Positions 19,992-29,626 are shown, numbered from the whole stretch's first letter. The stretch is DNA of 59,113 nt, filler included, from 4 parts of 4 records of this genome joined end to end with filler, not necessarily neighbours in it; one strand, 5' to 3'. A program made the numbers and translations. The notes: a model not told the origin generated them from the sequence alone.

Positions 19992-21251
19992 ATGGCACAC
20001 AGCACATCCCGCATTCCTGGTTTTTATCAGCTTACTCCCAGCGAGCGGCTTGAGAAAGTCATCGAAATAGCTGAGCTCGGCAGCGAGGTTCGCACGCATT
20101 TCTCTGATACGGGCAATATCTCGTCGGCCACTGCCGATGCCATGATCGAAAACGTCATTGGTACGCTGAACCTGCCAATCGGCGTTGCCACCAATTTGAT
20201 TATTGATGATGAGGAACAGCTGGTACCCATGGCGACCGAAGAGTCTTCCGTGGTCGCCGCCGTGTGTAATGCGGCCAGGCAGTGTCGCGCGTCGGGGGGG
20301 GTTCATACCGATACATCAGAACCCATCATGATTGCGCAGGTGCAGTTGCTGGATGTGCCTAACCCCGAGTTTGCACGCCTTCGGCTGCTTTCCGAGTTCG
20401 AACAGGTAAAAAGCATTTGTGATGCAACCGACCCAGTACTGCTCCAGCACGGTGGGGGGTTCCGTGACCTGGAAGTGCGCGTTCTCAACAACATGCTGAT
20501 CGTTCATCTGCTGGTGGATGTGCGTGACGCCATGGGTGCCAATGCTGTCAACTCGATGGCGGAAGCTGTCGCGCCTTCTCTAGCGGAGTGGAGCGGTGGT
20601 CGCAGCTGTCTGCGTATTCTGTCCAACCTCGCTGATCGACGCATTGCTCGCGCACGTGCTACCTGGAAACTTGAAGATCTTGGCGGGGAGTCGGTACGTG
20701 ACGGTATGCTCAACGCGTATCGCTTCGCAGACCAGGACCCTTACCGGGCAGCTACCCACAACAAAGGCATCATGAATGGAGTTAGCGCTGTCGTGCTGTC
20801 AACGGGCAACGATACCCGCGCGGTAGAAGCGGGTGCTCATGCCTACGCCGCTCGCACGGGGCGTTACCGTTCCTTGACACATTGGGAAGCCGATAGCGAA
20901 GGGAACCTGACCGGTACCTTAGAAATGCCTATGCCGGTAGGCTTGGTAGGCGGCGCTACTCGATCGCACCCTAGTGCTCGGCACTGTCTTGATATTCTGG
21001 GCGTTAAAACAGCGGATCGCTTGGCTCGTATTATTGTCGCGGTGGGTTTGGCGCAGAATTTTGCCGCCATTAAGGCGCTGGCGACCACCGGCATTCAGAA
21101 GGGCCATATGGCACTGCATGCTAAAAATATTGCGGTAATGGCCGGGGCCGAGAACGATGAAGTTGATCGTATCGCAGCGCTGCTTGTGGATGGCGGCAAG
21201 GTGCGTGTGGATATCGCCCAGCAACTGCTTGAACAGCTGCGTAACGGCTAA
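19992..21251 (+). CDS. mvaA: Class II (degradative) hydroxymethylglutaryl-CoA reductase
   Basis: ENVIG, ATEESSVVAA, DAMGANAVN, ILSNL, RAATHNKGIMNG, GNDTRAVEAGAH and GIQKGHMALH motifs. Confidence 0.95.
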   Translation: MAHSTSRIPGFYQLTPSERLEKVIEIAELGSEVRTHFSDTGNISSATADAMIENVIGTLNLPIGVATNLIIDDEEQLVPMATEESSVVAAVCNAARQCRASGGVHTDTSEPIMIAQVQLLDVPNPEFARLRLLSEFEQVKSICDATDPVLLQHGGGFRDLEVRVLNNMLIVHLLVDVRDAMGANAVNSMAEAVAPSLAEWSGGRSCLRILSNLADRRIARARATWKLEDLGGESVRDGMLNAYRFADQDPYRAATHNKGIMNGVSAVVLSTGNDTRAVEAGAHAYAARTGRYRSLTHWEADSEGNLTGTLEMPMPVGLVGGATRSHPSARHCLDILGVKTADRLARIIVAVGLAQNFAAIKALATTGIQKGHMALHAKNIAVMAGAENDEVDRIAALLVDGGKVRVDIAQQLLEQLRNG

Positions 21252-21260
21252 GGAGACAAC

Positions 21261-22166
21261 ATGGCCTTGCCATCCTCTGTGCGCCTGGTCGAGGTCGGTC
21301 CGCGCGACGGTTTGCAAAATGAACAGGCGTTTGTGCCTACTCACCTGAAGCTTGCGTTTATCAAGCGCCTGGTGGAGGCGGGTTGTGCAAATATCGAGGC
21401 AGCGAGCTTTGTGTCGCCTCGCTGGGTGCCGCAAATGGCCGACCATCGGGAAATAATACAGGGCGTTGAGCGACGCCCTGGCGTTGTCTATTCAGCCTTG
21501 ACACCTAACCTGAAAGGCCTTGAAGCAGCGATTGAGTGCGATGTTGACGAAGTCGCCGTATTTGGCGCAGCAAGTGAAGCCTTTTCTCACAAGAACATAA
21601 ACTGCTCTATCGCCGAGTCGCTCGATCGTTTTGAGCAGGTGGTAGAGCATGCGCGCCAGGCCGGGCTGCGCGTACGGGGATATATTTCTTGCGTGCTTGG
21701 CTGCCCTTATGAGGGGGAGATCGCGCCTTTACAGGTGGCGCGAGTTGCCAAGGCGCTATACCAGATGGGCTGCTATGAGGTATCACTGGGCGATACGATT
21801 GGCACCGGAACGCCATCAAAAGCCAAACATATGTTGGCGGCTGTTGCCGCTCAGGTGCCAATAAATAACCTGGCCGCCCACTGTCATGATACCTACGGCC
21901 AAGCACTTGCGAATCTCTATGCGATGCTGGAAGAGGGCCTAAGCGTTATTGATAGTTCCGTCGCCGGTTTGGGGGGCTGCCCCTATGCCAAAGGAGCTTC
22001 TGGCAATGTAGCCAGCGAAGATGTGGTGTATATGCTTGAGGGTTTGGGAATCGAGTCAGGCATTGATTTAAACGCGCTGGCAAGAACGGGGGATTGGATC
22101 ACAAAAGTGATCAACGTACCTAATCGGTCACGCGCTGGCAGCGCCTTGATGGTGGCAGGGGGATAG
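21261..22166 (+). CDS. mvaB: Hydroxymethylglutaryl-CoA lyase
   Basis: EVGPRDGLQNE, HCHDTYGQALAN, GLGGCPYAKGASGNVASED. Confidence 0.95.
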   Translation: MALPSSVRLVEVGPRDGLQNEQAFVPTHLKLAFIKRLVEAGCANIEAASFVSPRWVPQMADHREIIQGVERRPGVVYSALTPNLKGLEAAIECDVDEVAVFGAASEAFSHKNINCSIAESLDRFEQVVEHARQAGLRVRGYISCVLGCPYEGEIAPLQVARVAKALYQMGCYEVSLGDTIGTGTPSKAKHMLAAVAAQVPINNLAAHCHDTYGQALANLYAMLEEGLSVIDSSVAGLGGCPYAKGASGNVASEDVVYMLEGLGIESGIDLNALARTGDWITKVINVPNRSRAGSALMVAGG

Positions 22167-22321
22167 CGTATTCAACCTGACTTTCGACATATTAGAAGCA
22201 GGTCATCATTTCTGGCTGCCATGCCAAGAAAGTCCGAACGTTGACTATAATGAATGAATATCAGCGGGTTTTGCGCTGCTAATAATCACTGTTCAACGTA
22301 ACAATGCAAAGGGAGAAGCAC

Positions 22322-22561
22322 ATGGCTCGTTATGGCCTGTTGGTTTTGATAGGGATGGCACTGGCGGGATGTTCGACCCTAGGTACTACTGATGGTGCTA
22401 ACCAGGCGCAGCAGGTTGCCGTCAATTACTGTGAGCAGGAAGGCGGCGAGGTGCGATCGCGCCAGGAAGCGGGCAAGACTCGTCAGTATTGCCACCTGTT
22501 GGAAGGACGGGTGGTAGAAGTCAATCTGCTTTATCAGACGGAAGGTTTGCGCGTTCACTAA
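22322..22561 (+). CDS. Small lipoprotein, DUF333 (putative hemolysin)-like
   Basis: Lipobox LAGC; A..YCEQEGG...YCHL.EG pattern. Confidence 0.75.
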   Translation: MARYGLLVLIGMALAGCSTLGTTDGANQAQQVAVNYCEQEGGEVRSRQEAGKTRQYCHLLEGRVVEVNLLYQTEGLRVH

Positions 22562-22823
22562 GCGAGGTGCGGCGTATGCGTTGTCGTACCGGCGCTTGCC
22601 TAGTGTTTTAACTATTCTTGATTCAGTGCGTTGACAACAGTTGTGTTGGAGACGATGGACAGCAACGGTAGCTGGAAGAGGCACTTGCGCGTGAACTCGA
22701 AGCGGCTGGCCACAGTATAGATTGGAACACGGTTATGCGCGCTTGATACGCTCTACGATTGAAGGACCGCTGCAACGGCCTCGAAATGCACTTTGTCAGG
22801 TTCCTTTCTGACAACCTTTAAAT

Positions 22824-22886
22824 CGCGTGTACCGGGACTGGTTTTGCGCTGCCACTACAAACCAGCCCGTAACGCGGGCGTTATAA
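22824..22886 (+). mobile_element. Degenerate attC site (R'' eroded)
   Basis: CGCGT[G]TAC/GTAACGCG and CGGG[A]CTGGTTT/AAACCAGCCCG arms, each with an extrahelical base, followed by R' GTTATAA. No intact RYYYAAC at the expected position. Confidence 0.7.
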
Positions 22887-22895
22887 ATCGCCACA

Positions 22896-22927
22896 TCAGT
22901 GATACCTAAAAGACCGCTTCTGGCCGT
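22896..22927 (+). repeat. Dispersed short repeat, type B copy 2 with shared flank
   Basis: ATCAGTGATACCTAAAAGACCGCTTCTGGCCGT versus ATCAGCACTACCTCAAAGACCGCTTCTGGCCGT at 16653-16685 (4 mismatches). Confidence 0.85.
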
Positions 22928-23075
22928 TAACAACGGCTTGGCCTAAACCGTCGTTTGACGAATTTATGGGATAGCGCTGAAAATGCGACGAGACTTGAAG
23001 ATGGCTCTTGTCAGTTAACCAAAAACCTATCAACGCGGTTAACGGCAGAGCGGGGCAATGCTAGCCAGACACAAC

Positions 23076-24029
23076 TCAGGAGTTGCCGCCAAAAGTTTTA
23101 CGCCAGTCGCGTGGGCTGACTTGATGATGCTGCCTAAAGTGTTGACGGAAAGACGTCGCTGTGTGAAAGCCAACTCGTTCCGCAATCGCTTCCACCGACA
23201 GGGAGGTGGTTTCCAGTAGCTCACGCCCGCGTCGTAGCCGCTCGTTGACAAGCCACTCTACCACCGTCATTCCGGTCGCTTTTTGAAAGTGACGCGTGAA
23301 GGTGCGTCTGCTCATGGAGGTTCGAGCAGCTAGCTCATCGATGCGATGCGAACCTACTAGGTTTTCTCTCAAATAGTCCAATAAGCGATTGATATGGGCG
23401 TCTTGAGTGGAGATGGCAACGGGTTGCTCAATGAACTGTGCCTGCCCACCTTCGCGGTGCGGGGGAACCACCATGATGCGGGCAATCTTGTTGGCGATCT
23501 TCGCGCCGTAATACTCGCGCACCAAGAACAAGCAGCAATCCAGGCCTGCCGCCGTGCCTGCGGACGTCACTAGACGATCCTCCTCCACATAAAGCGCATT
23601 GGTGTCCAACTTGACCTTGGGGAAGCGGTCACTGAAATCCTGCTCGGCGACCCAGTGAGTTGACGCCCGCCTGCCGTCGAGCAGTCCAGCGTACGCCAGC
23701 GCATAAGTACCGTAACAAAGACCCACCACATGAGCGCCCCGTTCATGGCAGCGGACGAGCGCCTCTGCCAGCTCAGGCGGTGGCGGTTCATCCAGGTCAT
23801 GCCAGCCAGGTACCACGGCTATATCCACGTTATCCAAGAGCGTTAAGCCGCCATCGGGCCTTATTGTCATCACCTCATCACTCTCTAGCGAATCTCCCCA
23901 AGGTGCGACGATGGTCAGATCGAAGAGTGAGCGATCGGGGAAAGCCATGCCGAACACCGTGTAGGGCACCGAGAAATGAAAAGGCGTGATACGGGGATGG
24001 AGAATTAAACCTACGCGGGGTAAGGACAT
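23076..24029 (-). CDS. GlxA-family AraC regulator (DJ-1/PfpI + AraC HTH)
   Basis: GLCYG, TSAGTAAGLD, PPHREGGQAQFI; C-terminal AraC double HTH. Confidence 0.93.
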   Translation of the reverse strand: MSLPRVGLILHPRITPFHFSVPYTVFGMAFPDRSLFDLTIVAPWGDSLESDEVMTIRPDGGLTLLDNVDIAVVPGWHDLDEPPPPELAEALVRCHERGAHVVGLCYGTYALAYAGLLDGRRASTHWVAEQDFSDRFPKVKLDTNALYVEEDRLVTSAGTAAGLDCCLFLVREYYGAKIANKIARIMVVPPHREGGQAQFIEQPVAISTQDAHINRLLDYLRENLVGSHRIDELAARTSMSRRTFTRHFQKATGMTVVEWLVNERLRRGRELLETTSLSVEAIAERVGFHTATSFRQHFRQHHQVSPRDWRKTFGGNS

Positions 24030-24175
24030 GGGTAATTCCTATGCTGTTCTCAACGTAACCGTATCATGATGGCCCAAAACTTTCGAACACTGACTTTTAG
24101 GCCAATTTTTTTGTCAGCCGTCTCTCTCTACACTGCTTGCTATCAATCCAACAGCGTATTGAAGGAAGTCGTTAG

Positions 24176-25054
24176 ATGCCTATCAAAACCTTATCCAGTT
24201 CTCTTGTCCTCGCCACAGGACTCATTGCCGGTAACGCCTTTGCGGATTCAAACGCTCAGGGGGCGACGCAGCAGGTGCAGCAGATTCGCAATGCAACGGT
24301 GAAAATCACCTATGGGGACACCACTTTTTTGGTGGACCCGATGCTGGCCGAGCAGGGCGCTTATCCTGGCTTCGAAAATACCTATCGTAGCGAGTTGCGT
24401 AACCCGCTGGTGGGGCTGCCCATGCCCGTTGAGGAGATAACCGACGGCGTCGACGCCATCATCGTTACTCACACACACCTTGACCACTGGGACGATGCTG
24501 CCCAGGAGCTGTTGCCGAAGGACATGCCCCTGTTTGCACAGAATGCTGCCGATGCCGAGCTTATTCGCTCTCAGGGTTTCAGCGATGTGCGTATTTTGGA
24601 CGGAGAAGTGGAATTTGGTGGAGTGACACTGCATAAAACGGGCGGTCAGCATGGCTCTGATACTCTCTACGCTGTGCCTGTACTGGCGGAAACCCTTGGT
24701 GATGTGATGGGTGTGGTCTTCGAAGCCCCAGGCCAAAAAAGCACGTACCTGGTAGGCGACACCATCTGGCGTGACGAGGTTGAGCAGGCTTTGGTGCGTT
24801 ATAACCCCGAGGTGATTGTCGTGAATGCCGGTGCCGCAGAGATCACTGGCTTCACAGGTGACCCAATCATCATGGGTAAGCAAGATACGTTGCGTATGCA
24901 TCAGGCAGCCCCTAATGCGACGATCATCGCGGTGCATATGGGAGCAGTGAACCATATGACGTTAAGCCGTGACGAGCTGTCTGATTACGTGCAAGAAGTT
25001 GGGATCCAGGATCACGTGTCTATCCCCGCTGATGGCGAAGTCATCTCCTTTTAA
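24176..25054 (+). CDS. Secreted metallo-beta-lactamase-fold hydrolase
   Basis: Signal peptide ending AFA; QIRNAT, LVDPML, THTHLDHW (HxHxDH), GDT, VHMGAVNH. Confidence 0.9.
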   Translation: MPIKTLSSSLVLATGLIAGNAFADSNAQGATQQVQQIRNATVKITYGDTTFLVDPMLAEQGAYPGFENTYRSELRNPLVGLPMPVEEITDGVDAIIVTHTHLDHWDDAAQELLPKDMPLFAQNAADAELIRSQGFSDVRILDGEVEFGGVTLHKTGGQHGSDTLYAVPVLAETLGDVMGVVFEAPGQKSTYLVGDTIWRDEVEQALVRYNPEVIVVNAGAAEITGFTGDPIIMGKQDTLRMHQAAPNATIIAVHMGAVNHMTLSRDELSDYVQEVGIQDHVSIPADGEVISF

Positions 25055-25220
25055 TGCCATGGGTCGCCTTTGATGGCGGCCTGTGTCTTTTTATCAACGT
25101 CTTAACGCTGGCACGTTGGTTTACTGCCTTCATTCCCCATGCACCAACACACTGGCACCACTACTGAAAAAGGAATAACCACCACTGCCAATTGGTCTTT
25201 TTTAAGTTTTCTTATTCATC

Positions 25221-25472
25221 CTAGTCGCGCGAATGTCCTCCAAGATGACGGTGCATTAGGAGGTGTATACCAAGACAGAGTGTTAGAGGTAGCACCAGCC
25301 AGGCGCCGCTGGCTAACGATTGACCGCGCCACATGACAAGCAATACAGCACTTACCATCAGCACAACACAGGCGGTCATCATCCACTTATGTAGAATTCC
25401 AGCATGTGGTGACGTCTTGTTTTGTGATTCGGCCTCTCTTGAGGTGCCTTTGGTTGAATGTGGCTGTGTCAT
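25221..25472 (-). CDS. Small His-containing membrane protein (DUF2933-like) downstream of the Cu ATPase
   Basis: Two TM segments; C-terminal LCLGIHLLMHRH; position after a P1B ATPase. Confidence 0.65.
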   Translation of the reverse strand: MTQPHSTKGTSREAESQNKTSPHAGILHKWMMTACVVLMVSAVLLVMWRGQSLASGAWLVLPLTLCLGIHLLMHRHLGGHSRD

Positions 25473-25519
25473 GAGCGGTTGCCTTTAACTTGGGGTTGGG
25501 TAGGAGCCAATTGCTCTCG

Positions 25520-27787
25520 TTAGGATTGCTCGCGGGCATAGCGCCGCTTAAGCAGCAACGAGTTGCCGATCACCGAAAGCGAGCTGGTCGTCATGGCGAT
25601 AACACCGATCATCGGGTGCAACAGGCCGATTGCAGCGATGGGGATGGCCGCTACGTTATAGGCGCTAGCCCAGATCAGGTTCTGGACGATCTTGCTGTAG
25701 GTGGCGCGAGAAAGGTGCATAGCGTCCACCACAGCGGTGAGCTCGCCGCGTACCAGTGTTACGTCCGCCGCCTCGATGGCCACGTCGGCCCCGGCACCGA
25801 TAGCGATACCCACGTTGGCCTGCTTCAGCGCCGCTGCGTCGTTGATGCCGTCGCCGACCATGGCCACGTGGTTGCCGTGCTTTTTCTGCAGCGCGCGAAT
25901 GGCATCGACCTTGCCTTCCGGCAGCACGCCGGCCTGGACCTCGTCAATGCCCACCTCGTCGGCCACGGCGCGGGCAGCGCGTTCGTTGTCACCAGTGATC
26001 ATCACTACGTGTAGGCCGAGGTCATGCATGCCGCGAATGGCCTCGATCGACTCCTGCTTGAGGGTATCGGCTACGGCCACCAAGCCCAGGGCCTTAGCAT
26101 CGGCCGCAACGATGACGACGGTGCGGCCCTTGCCCTCAAGCTCGTTAATGGCGTCGTCTAGGGACTCAAGGCCGGTTACGCCTTCCTCTTCCAATAACTG
26201 GCGATTGCCGATCAGCACGGTTTCTTCACCCACCTTGCCCGAGACGCCGCGGGCGCCGGTGGAACGAAACTCGCTAACCTTGTCGGGTTTTACATCGCGC
26301 TCACGGGCTCCGTCGACGATGGCCCGGGCGATGGGGTGCTCCGAGGCATTCTCCACACTCGCCGCCAGGGTAAGCAGGCGTAACACCTCGACGCCTTCGG
26401 CGGCGACGGCCTCGGTGAGCTTTGGCTCGCCACGAGTAATGGTGCCGGTCTTGTCGAGCACCATCACCTTGACGTCCTTAAAGGTCTGGATTGCCTCGCC
26501 GGAACGGATCAGGATGCCACGTTCGGCACCGATGCCCGAGCCGACCATCAGCGCCGTAGGGGTGGCCAGACCTAGGGCGCAGGGGCACGCGATGATCAGT
26601 ACGGCGATGGCAGCAAGGATCGCCAGCACCGGCGTGGCGGCCTCGGGATTTACCCAGGGCAGGAAAGTCGCGCCCCAGTTGAGGATCGGCCGCAAGACAT
26701 CTGGAAATAGGGCCCACGCCACTAGGCTGGCCAAAGCAATTAGCAGCACAACTGGCACGAAGCGACCTGTCATCCGATCGGCGAATTCCTGGATCGGCAC
26801 CCGCGAGCCCTGGGCCTGATCGATCAGTTTCACCACCTGAGACAGGAAAGTATCGCCGCCGACACGTGTGGCTTTGACGCGCAAGCGCCCCTCCTTGTTG
26901 ATGGTGGCACCAATCACGCTGTCGCCTGGGCTCTTGTAGACCGGTATCGATTCGCCGGTGGCGATGGACTCGTCGAGATGGCTCTCGCCCTCGACCACCT
27001 CACCGTCGGTGGGGATCTTGTCGCCGGGACGCACGATCATGATGTCGCCAGAAGTCAATTCCTTCACCGGCACCTCGATCTCCTTGCCATCACGCTCCAC
27101 GCGAGCCGTCTTGGCACCCAGTGTCATCAAACGGCGAATGGCCTGGGAGGCACGCCCCTTGGCCAATGCTTCCAGGTATCGGCCCACCAGATGGAAGGTC
27201 ATGATGGTAGCGGCCATCTCAATGAACGACGTCATGGGGGTGACGAAGCCGACTAGGCCGATCAGGTAGGGCGGCAGGCTGCCCATGGAGATCAGCACGT
27301 CCATGTTGAAGGTACCGTTTGTCAGCGAACGCCAAGTCGACTTGTGGGTAGCCATGCCGCCAAAGAGGAACACCACCGGGAAGGCCAGTACTGAGATAAT
27401 AGCGAGATACCCAGGAATCGGTTGCCAGAACATGTGCGGTATCATGAGAATCATGATGAGCATGGTGGGTACCGCCGCGATGATTAGCCGTTTGCGTGCC
27501 TGGGTAAGATAGGCCTCTTCAATCTCGGCGTCGCTGTGGCTGTCCTCCGCTATGTTGGTCTGCACGGTGACGACATCGTAGCCAGCCCCTTCCACGGCGC
27601 TTTTTAATGCCTCGCCATCCGGGCCTTCGGGGCCCACCGTCACGCTGACGCGATGGCTGGCGATATTGGTTTTAATCTCATCCACGCCATCAAGGCGCCC
27701 AAGCGTTTTGCGCACGATACCAGCACAGTGGTCACTGCCCATGCCGGGGACTGTTAGGATAATTGTGTTCGAAGCCAAATCGTTCAT
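25520..27787 (-). CDS. copA: Cu(I)-translocating P1B-type ATPase
   Basis: N-terminal HMA-like domain (GMGSDHC), TGES, CPCALGLATP, DKTGT, SEHP, GDGIND, YN and MxxSS motifs. Confidence 0.95.
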   Translation of the reverse strand: MNDLASNTIILTVPGMGSDHCAGIVRKTLGRLDGVDEIKTNIASHRVSVTVGPEGPDGEALKSAVEGAGYDVVTVQTNIAEDSHSDAEIEEAYLTQARKRLIIAAVPTMLIMILMIPHMFWQPIPGYLAIISVLAFPVVFLFGGMATHKSTWRSLTNGTFNMDVLISMGSLPPYLIGLVGFVTPMTSFIEMAATIMTFHLVGRYLEALAKGRASQAIRRLMTLGAKTARVERDGKEIEVPVKELTSGDIMIVRPGDKIPTDGEVVEGESHLDESIATGESIPVYKSPGDSVIGATINKEGRLRVKATRVGGDTFLSQVVKLIDQAQGSRVPIQEFADRMTGRFVPVVLLIALASLVAWALFPDVLRPILNWGATFLPWVNPEAATPVLAILAAIAVLIIACPCALGLATPTALMVGSGIGAERGILIRSGEAIQTFKDVKVMVLDKTGTITRGEPKLTEAVAAEGVEVLRLLTLAASVENASEHPIARAIVDGARERDVKPDKVSEFRSTGARGVSGKVGEETVLIGNRQLLEEEGVTGLESLDDAINELEGKGRTVVIVAADAKALGLVAVADTLKQESIEAIRGMHDLGLHVVMITGDNERAARAVADEVGIDEVQAGVLPEGKVDAIRALQKKHGNHVAMVGDGINDAAALKQANVGIAIGAGADVAIEAADVTLVRGELTAVVDAMHLSRATYSKIVQNLIWASAYNVAAIPIAAIGLLHPMIGVIAMTTSSLSVIGNSLLLKRRYAREQS

Positions 27788-27815
27788 CGCGAGCCTCTAG
27801 CTGGCCTAACCGAGT

Positions 27816-27840
27816 GGGCGACCATGGTTGGTCGCCCTTT
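27816..27840. terminator. Stem-loop between the Spy/CpxP-like gene and the Cu ATPase
   Basis: GGGCGACCA-TGGT-TGGTCGCCC followed by TTT. Confidence 0.5.
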
Positions 27841-27851
27841 ATGTTGTCTAC

Positions 27852-28419
27852 TCAGTGAGATTCCAGTCGGTGGTGTGCATCGTGATCCTCAGGATCATCG
27901 CCACTCTCAGGTGTAGCCTGCTGAAGCCGTCGGCGTTGTTCATCGATCATCGGTTATGAGGTCATGCATGGTATTTCTCATGCGCACCATTTCGACCATC
28001 ATTTCACCGTGAAGCTCGGCTAACTCGCTATGCAAGGTCTTGACCTGTTCTGGGTCAGGGCGCTCGCCATGCATCTCTGCCATCAGATCATCGCGCGTGT
28101 TCATAAAACGTCCCATGCGCTCAAGTTGTGCCGGGCGGTGCTCCTGCACCAGCTCGCGCATCTCGTCGCGCTGCCCCGGCTCTAGCATGCTTTGCATCAT
28201 GTTCATGCCAGTAGTGTCCATCATCGGGCATGGCATCATTCCTCCACCCATCATGCTTGGGCCCATGCCACCTTGGCCCATGCCACCGCGCATCATATCG
28301 CTCCCCTGAACGGGCTGGCTTTCCGGCATGCCTTGGGCTAGGGCTACACCAGTACCACTTGCACCGAGTGCCATGGCGAGCCCGAGGCAGAGAGTAAGTT
28401 TGCGAATTTTCACGATCAT
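27852..28419 (-). pseudogene. Spy/CpxP-family Met-rich periplasmic protein, frameshifted near the C-terminus (truncated product 27940-28419)
   Basis: Signal peptide, Met/Gly-rich segment, coiled-coil body. Removing a 7-bp duplication at 27940-27952 restores LITDEQRRRL...EDHDAHH to a stop at 27852-27854. Confidence 0.75.
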
Positions 28420-28446
28420 TCTCCTTTAGAGATAGATTCCGCATTG

Positions 28447-28506
28447 GGTCTAGATATCGAAGGTCTATGTATCAAAGGTCTATGTATCAAAGGTCTATGT
28501 AGCAAA
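28447..28506. repeat. Tandem repeat, 4 x 15 bp (GGTCTATGTATCAAA)
   Basis: Units start at 28447, 28462, 28477 and 28492; the middle two are identical. Confidence 0.9.
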
Positions 28507-28697
28507 GCTATTTGGTTAAAGTATTGAGGCTGTGTGTTGTACTAGGTCAATTCTCGATATGGCTTTGAGGCATGGCTAAGGCACTCCAGAACGTAAAATG
28601 AGATGGTTTATCGATCCGCATCAATTTCGTAGATTCGGTAATCGTTAGTCTGTAATGCCAACAAACAGGGGGGTTCCTCTTTGTCTTGGGAAGGTTT

Positions 28698-29156
28698 TCA
28701 TACATCATTCATTCGCCCTGTTTGACGAACAAGGCGCATGGCTTCGTGCTCTTCTAAATTTAGAAGAGCATCTACCAGTTCTTTGGTTTCAGGAATTTCC
28801 GCTTTGCCGGCCAAGCTGCGATAAAGACTTATTGTTTGCTCATGGAAATCGAAAACCTCGTGGCAAATATCCTCAAAACTCAACGTTGCGTAAGGGGCAT
28901 TGCAGGTGCGATGTGTGCGGATAGGCTTATGCTCTAAATAATCATAGACATAAGTTTTTAACGCTTTTGAGTCGGCCTGTTGCTCAAAGCGAGCAACAAC
29001 ACGTTGCATTTCTGCTTCATGAACGGCTAGGTAATTGAGGAGCATCTGGGCGCGCTCTTCTTCGTACTCTTTGGCACAATGGGCTAGGCAGCTAGCAAGA
29101 TGCTCATGTAGCTGACGCGTCCAATCAATCAACTCGCCAAACGTTTTAACTTCCAT
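28698..29156 (-). CDS. Conserved hypothetical protein, possible ferritin-like four-helix bundle
   Basis: 152 aa, predicted helical, paired LAVHEAEM / LLNLEEHEA motifs; AGGAG RBS upstream. Confidence 0.7.
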   Translation of the reverse strand: MEVKTFGELIDWTRQLHEHLASCLAHCAKEYEEERAQMLLNYLAVHEAEMQRVVARFEQQADSKALKTYVYDYLEHKPIRTHRTCNAPYATLSFEDICHEVFDFHEQTISLYRSLAGKAEIPETKELVDALLNLEEHEAMRLVRQTGRMNDV

Positions 29157-29302
29157 GGGGTAGCTCCTAGCGCGTGTTTAACATGAATGAGAGTGGTGCG
29201 AATGTGCGTTTTTATCTGAGCTGGCTTTTACCCAAACAACGCCGAGTAACCAGAATATCTTCGCCCAAATAAATACCCCGACTAACAGCATGGGTGACTT
29301 GT

Positions 29303-29318
29303 CTGAACGTAGCCTGAA
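29303..29318 (-). promoter_or_regulatory. TTCAG-N6-TTCAG response-regulator box
   Basis: CTGAA at 29303 and 29314 (11-bp period); the same box occurs at 32274 and 34841. Confidence 0.6.
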
Positions 29319-29335
29319 CAGCGGGAGTTAGAAAT

Positions 29336-29349
29336 TTGACCTTGATCAA
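29336..29349. promoter_or_regulatory. FNR/Anr-like box
   Basis: TTGAC-CTTG-ATCAA versus the consensus TTGAT-N4-ATCAA. Confidence 0.5.
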
Positions 29350-29579
29350 GCAATTCGGAAAAAGAGTGAGATCATTACCCAAGCAGCATACGCACAGGCA
29401 GCCACAGTCCCATTCCCATCATCACTAAATTTTCAGTAAGCGATACAAAGCCTACCTGCGGAGTCGTATCGATTGTTTAAATGCGTCAATCTCTTCCTGC
29501 GAGGTCAACAGTGAGGCCTTTGCTCTGTAGTTTTCATCAGCCTCCCGAGTGGTATCTGTTGCTGACACGGCGATTTAAC

Positions 29580-29603
29580 AAAAAACGCCACCTTCCGGTG
29601 GCG
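29580..29603 (-). terminator. Rho-independent terminator after copB
   Basis: On the minus strand, CGCCACC-GGAA-GGTGGCG followed by a T-run. Confidence 0.75.
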
Positions 29604-29626
29604 CGAGTTATAAAGTGCTTAACGAT

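Noticed and set aside
22660-22746. Transposase remnant (LEEALARELEAAGHSIDW)
   Set aside because: The fragment is too short, has no terminal inverted repeats or catalytic motif, and the resemblance is only impressionistic.
28447-28506. CRISPR array
   Set aside because: The units are contiguous 15-mers without spacers, and there are no cas genes. The dispersed A/B motifs are kilobases apart.
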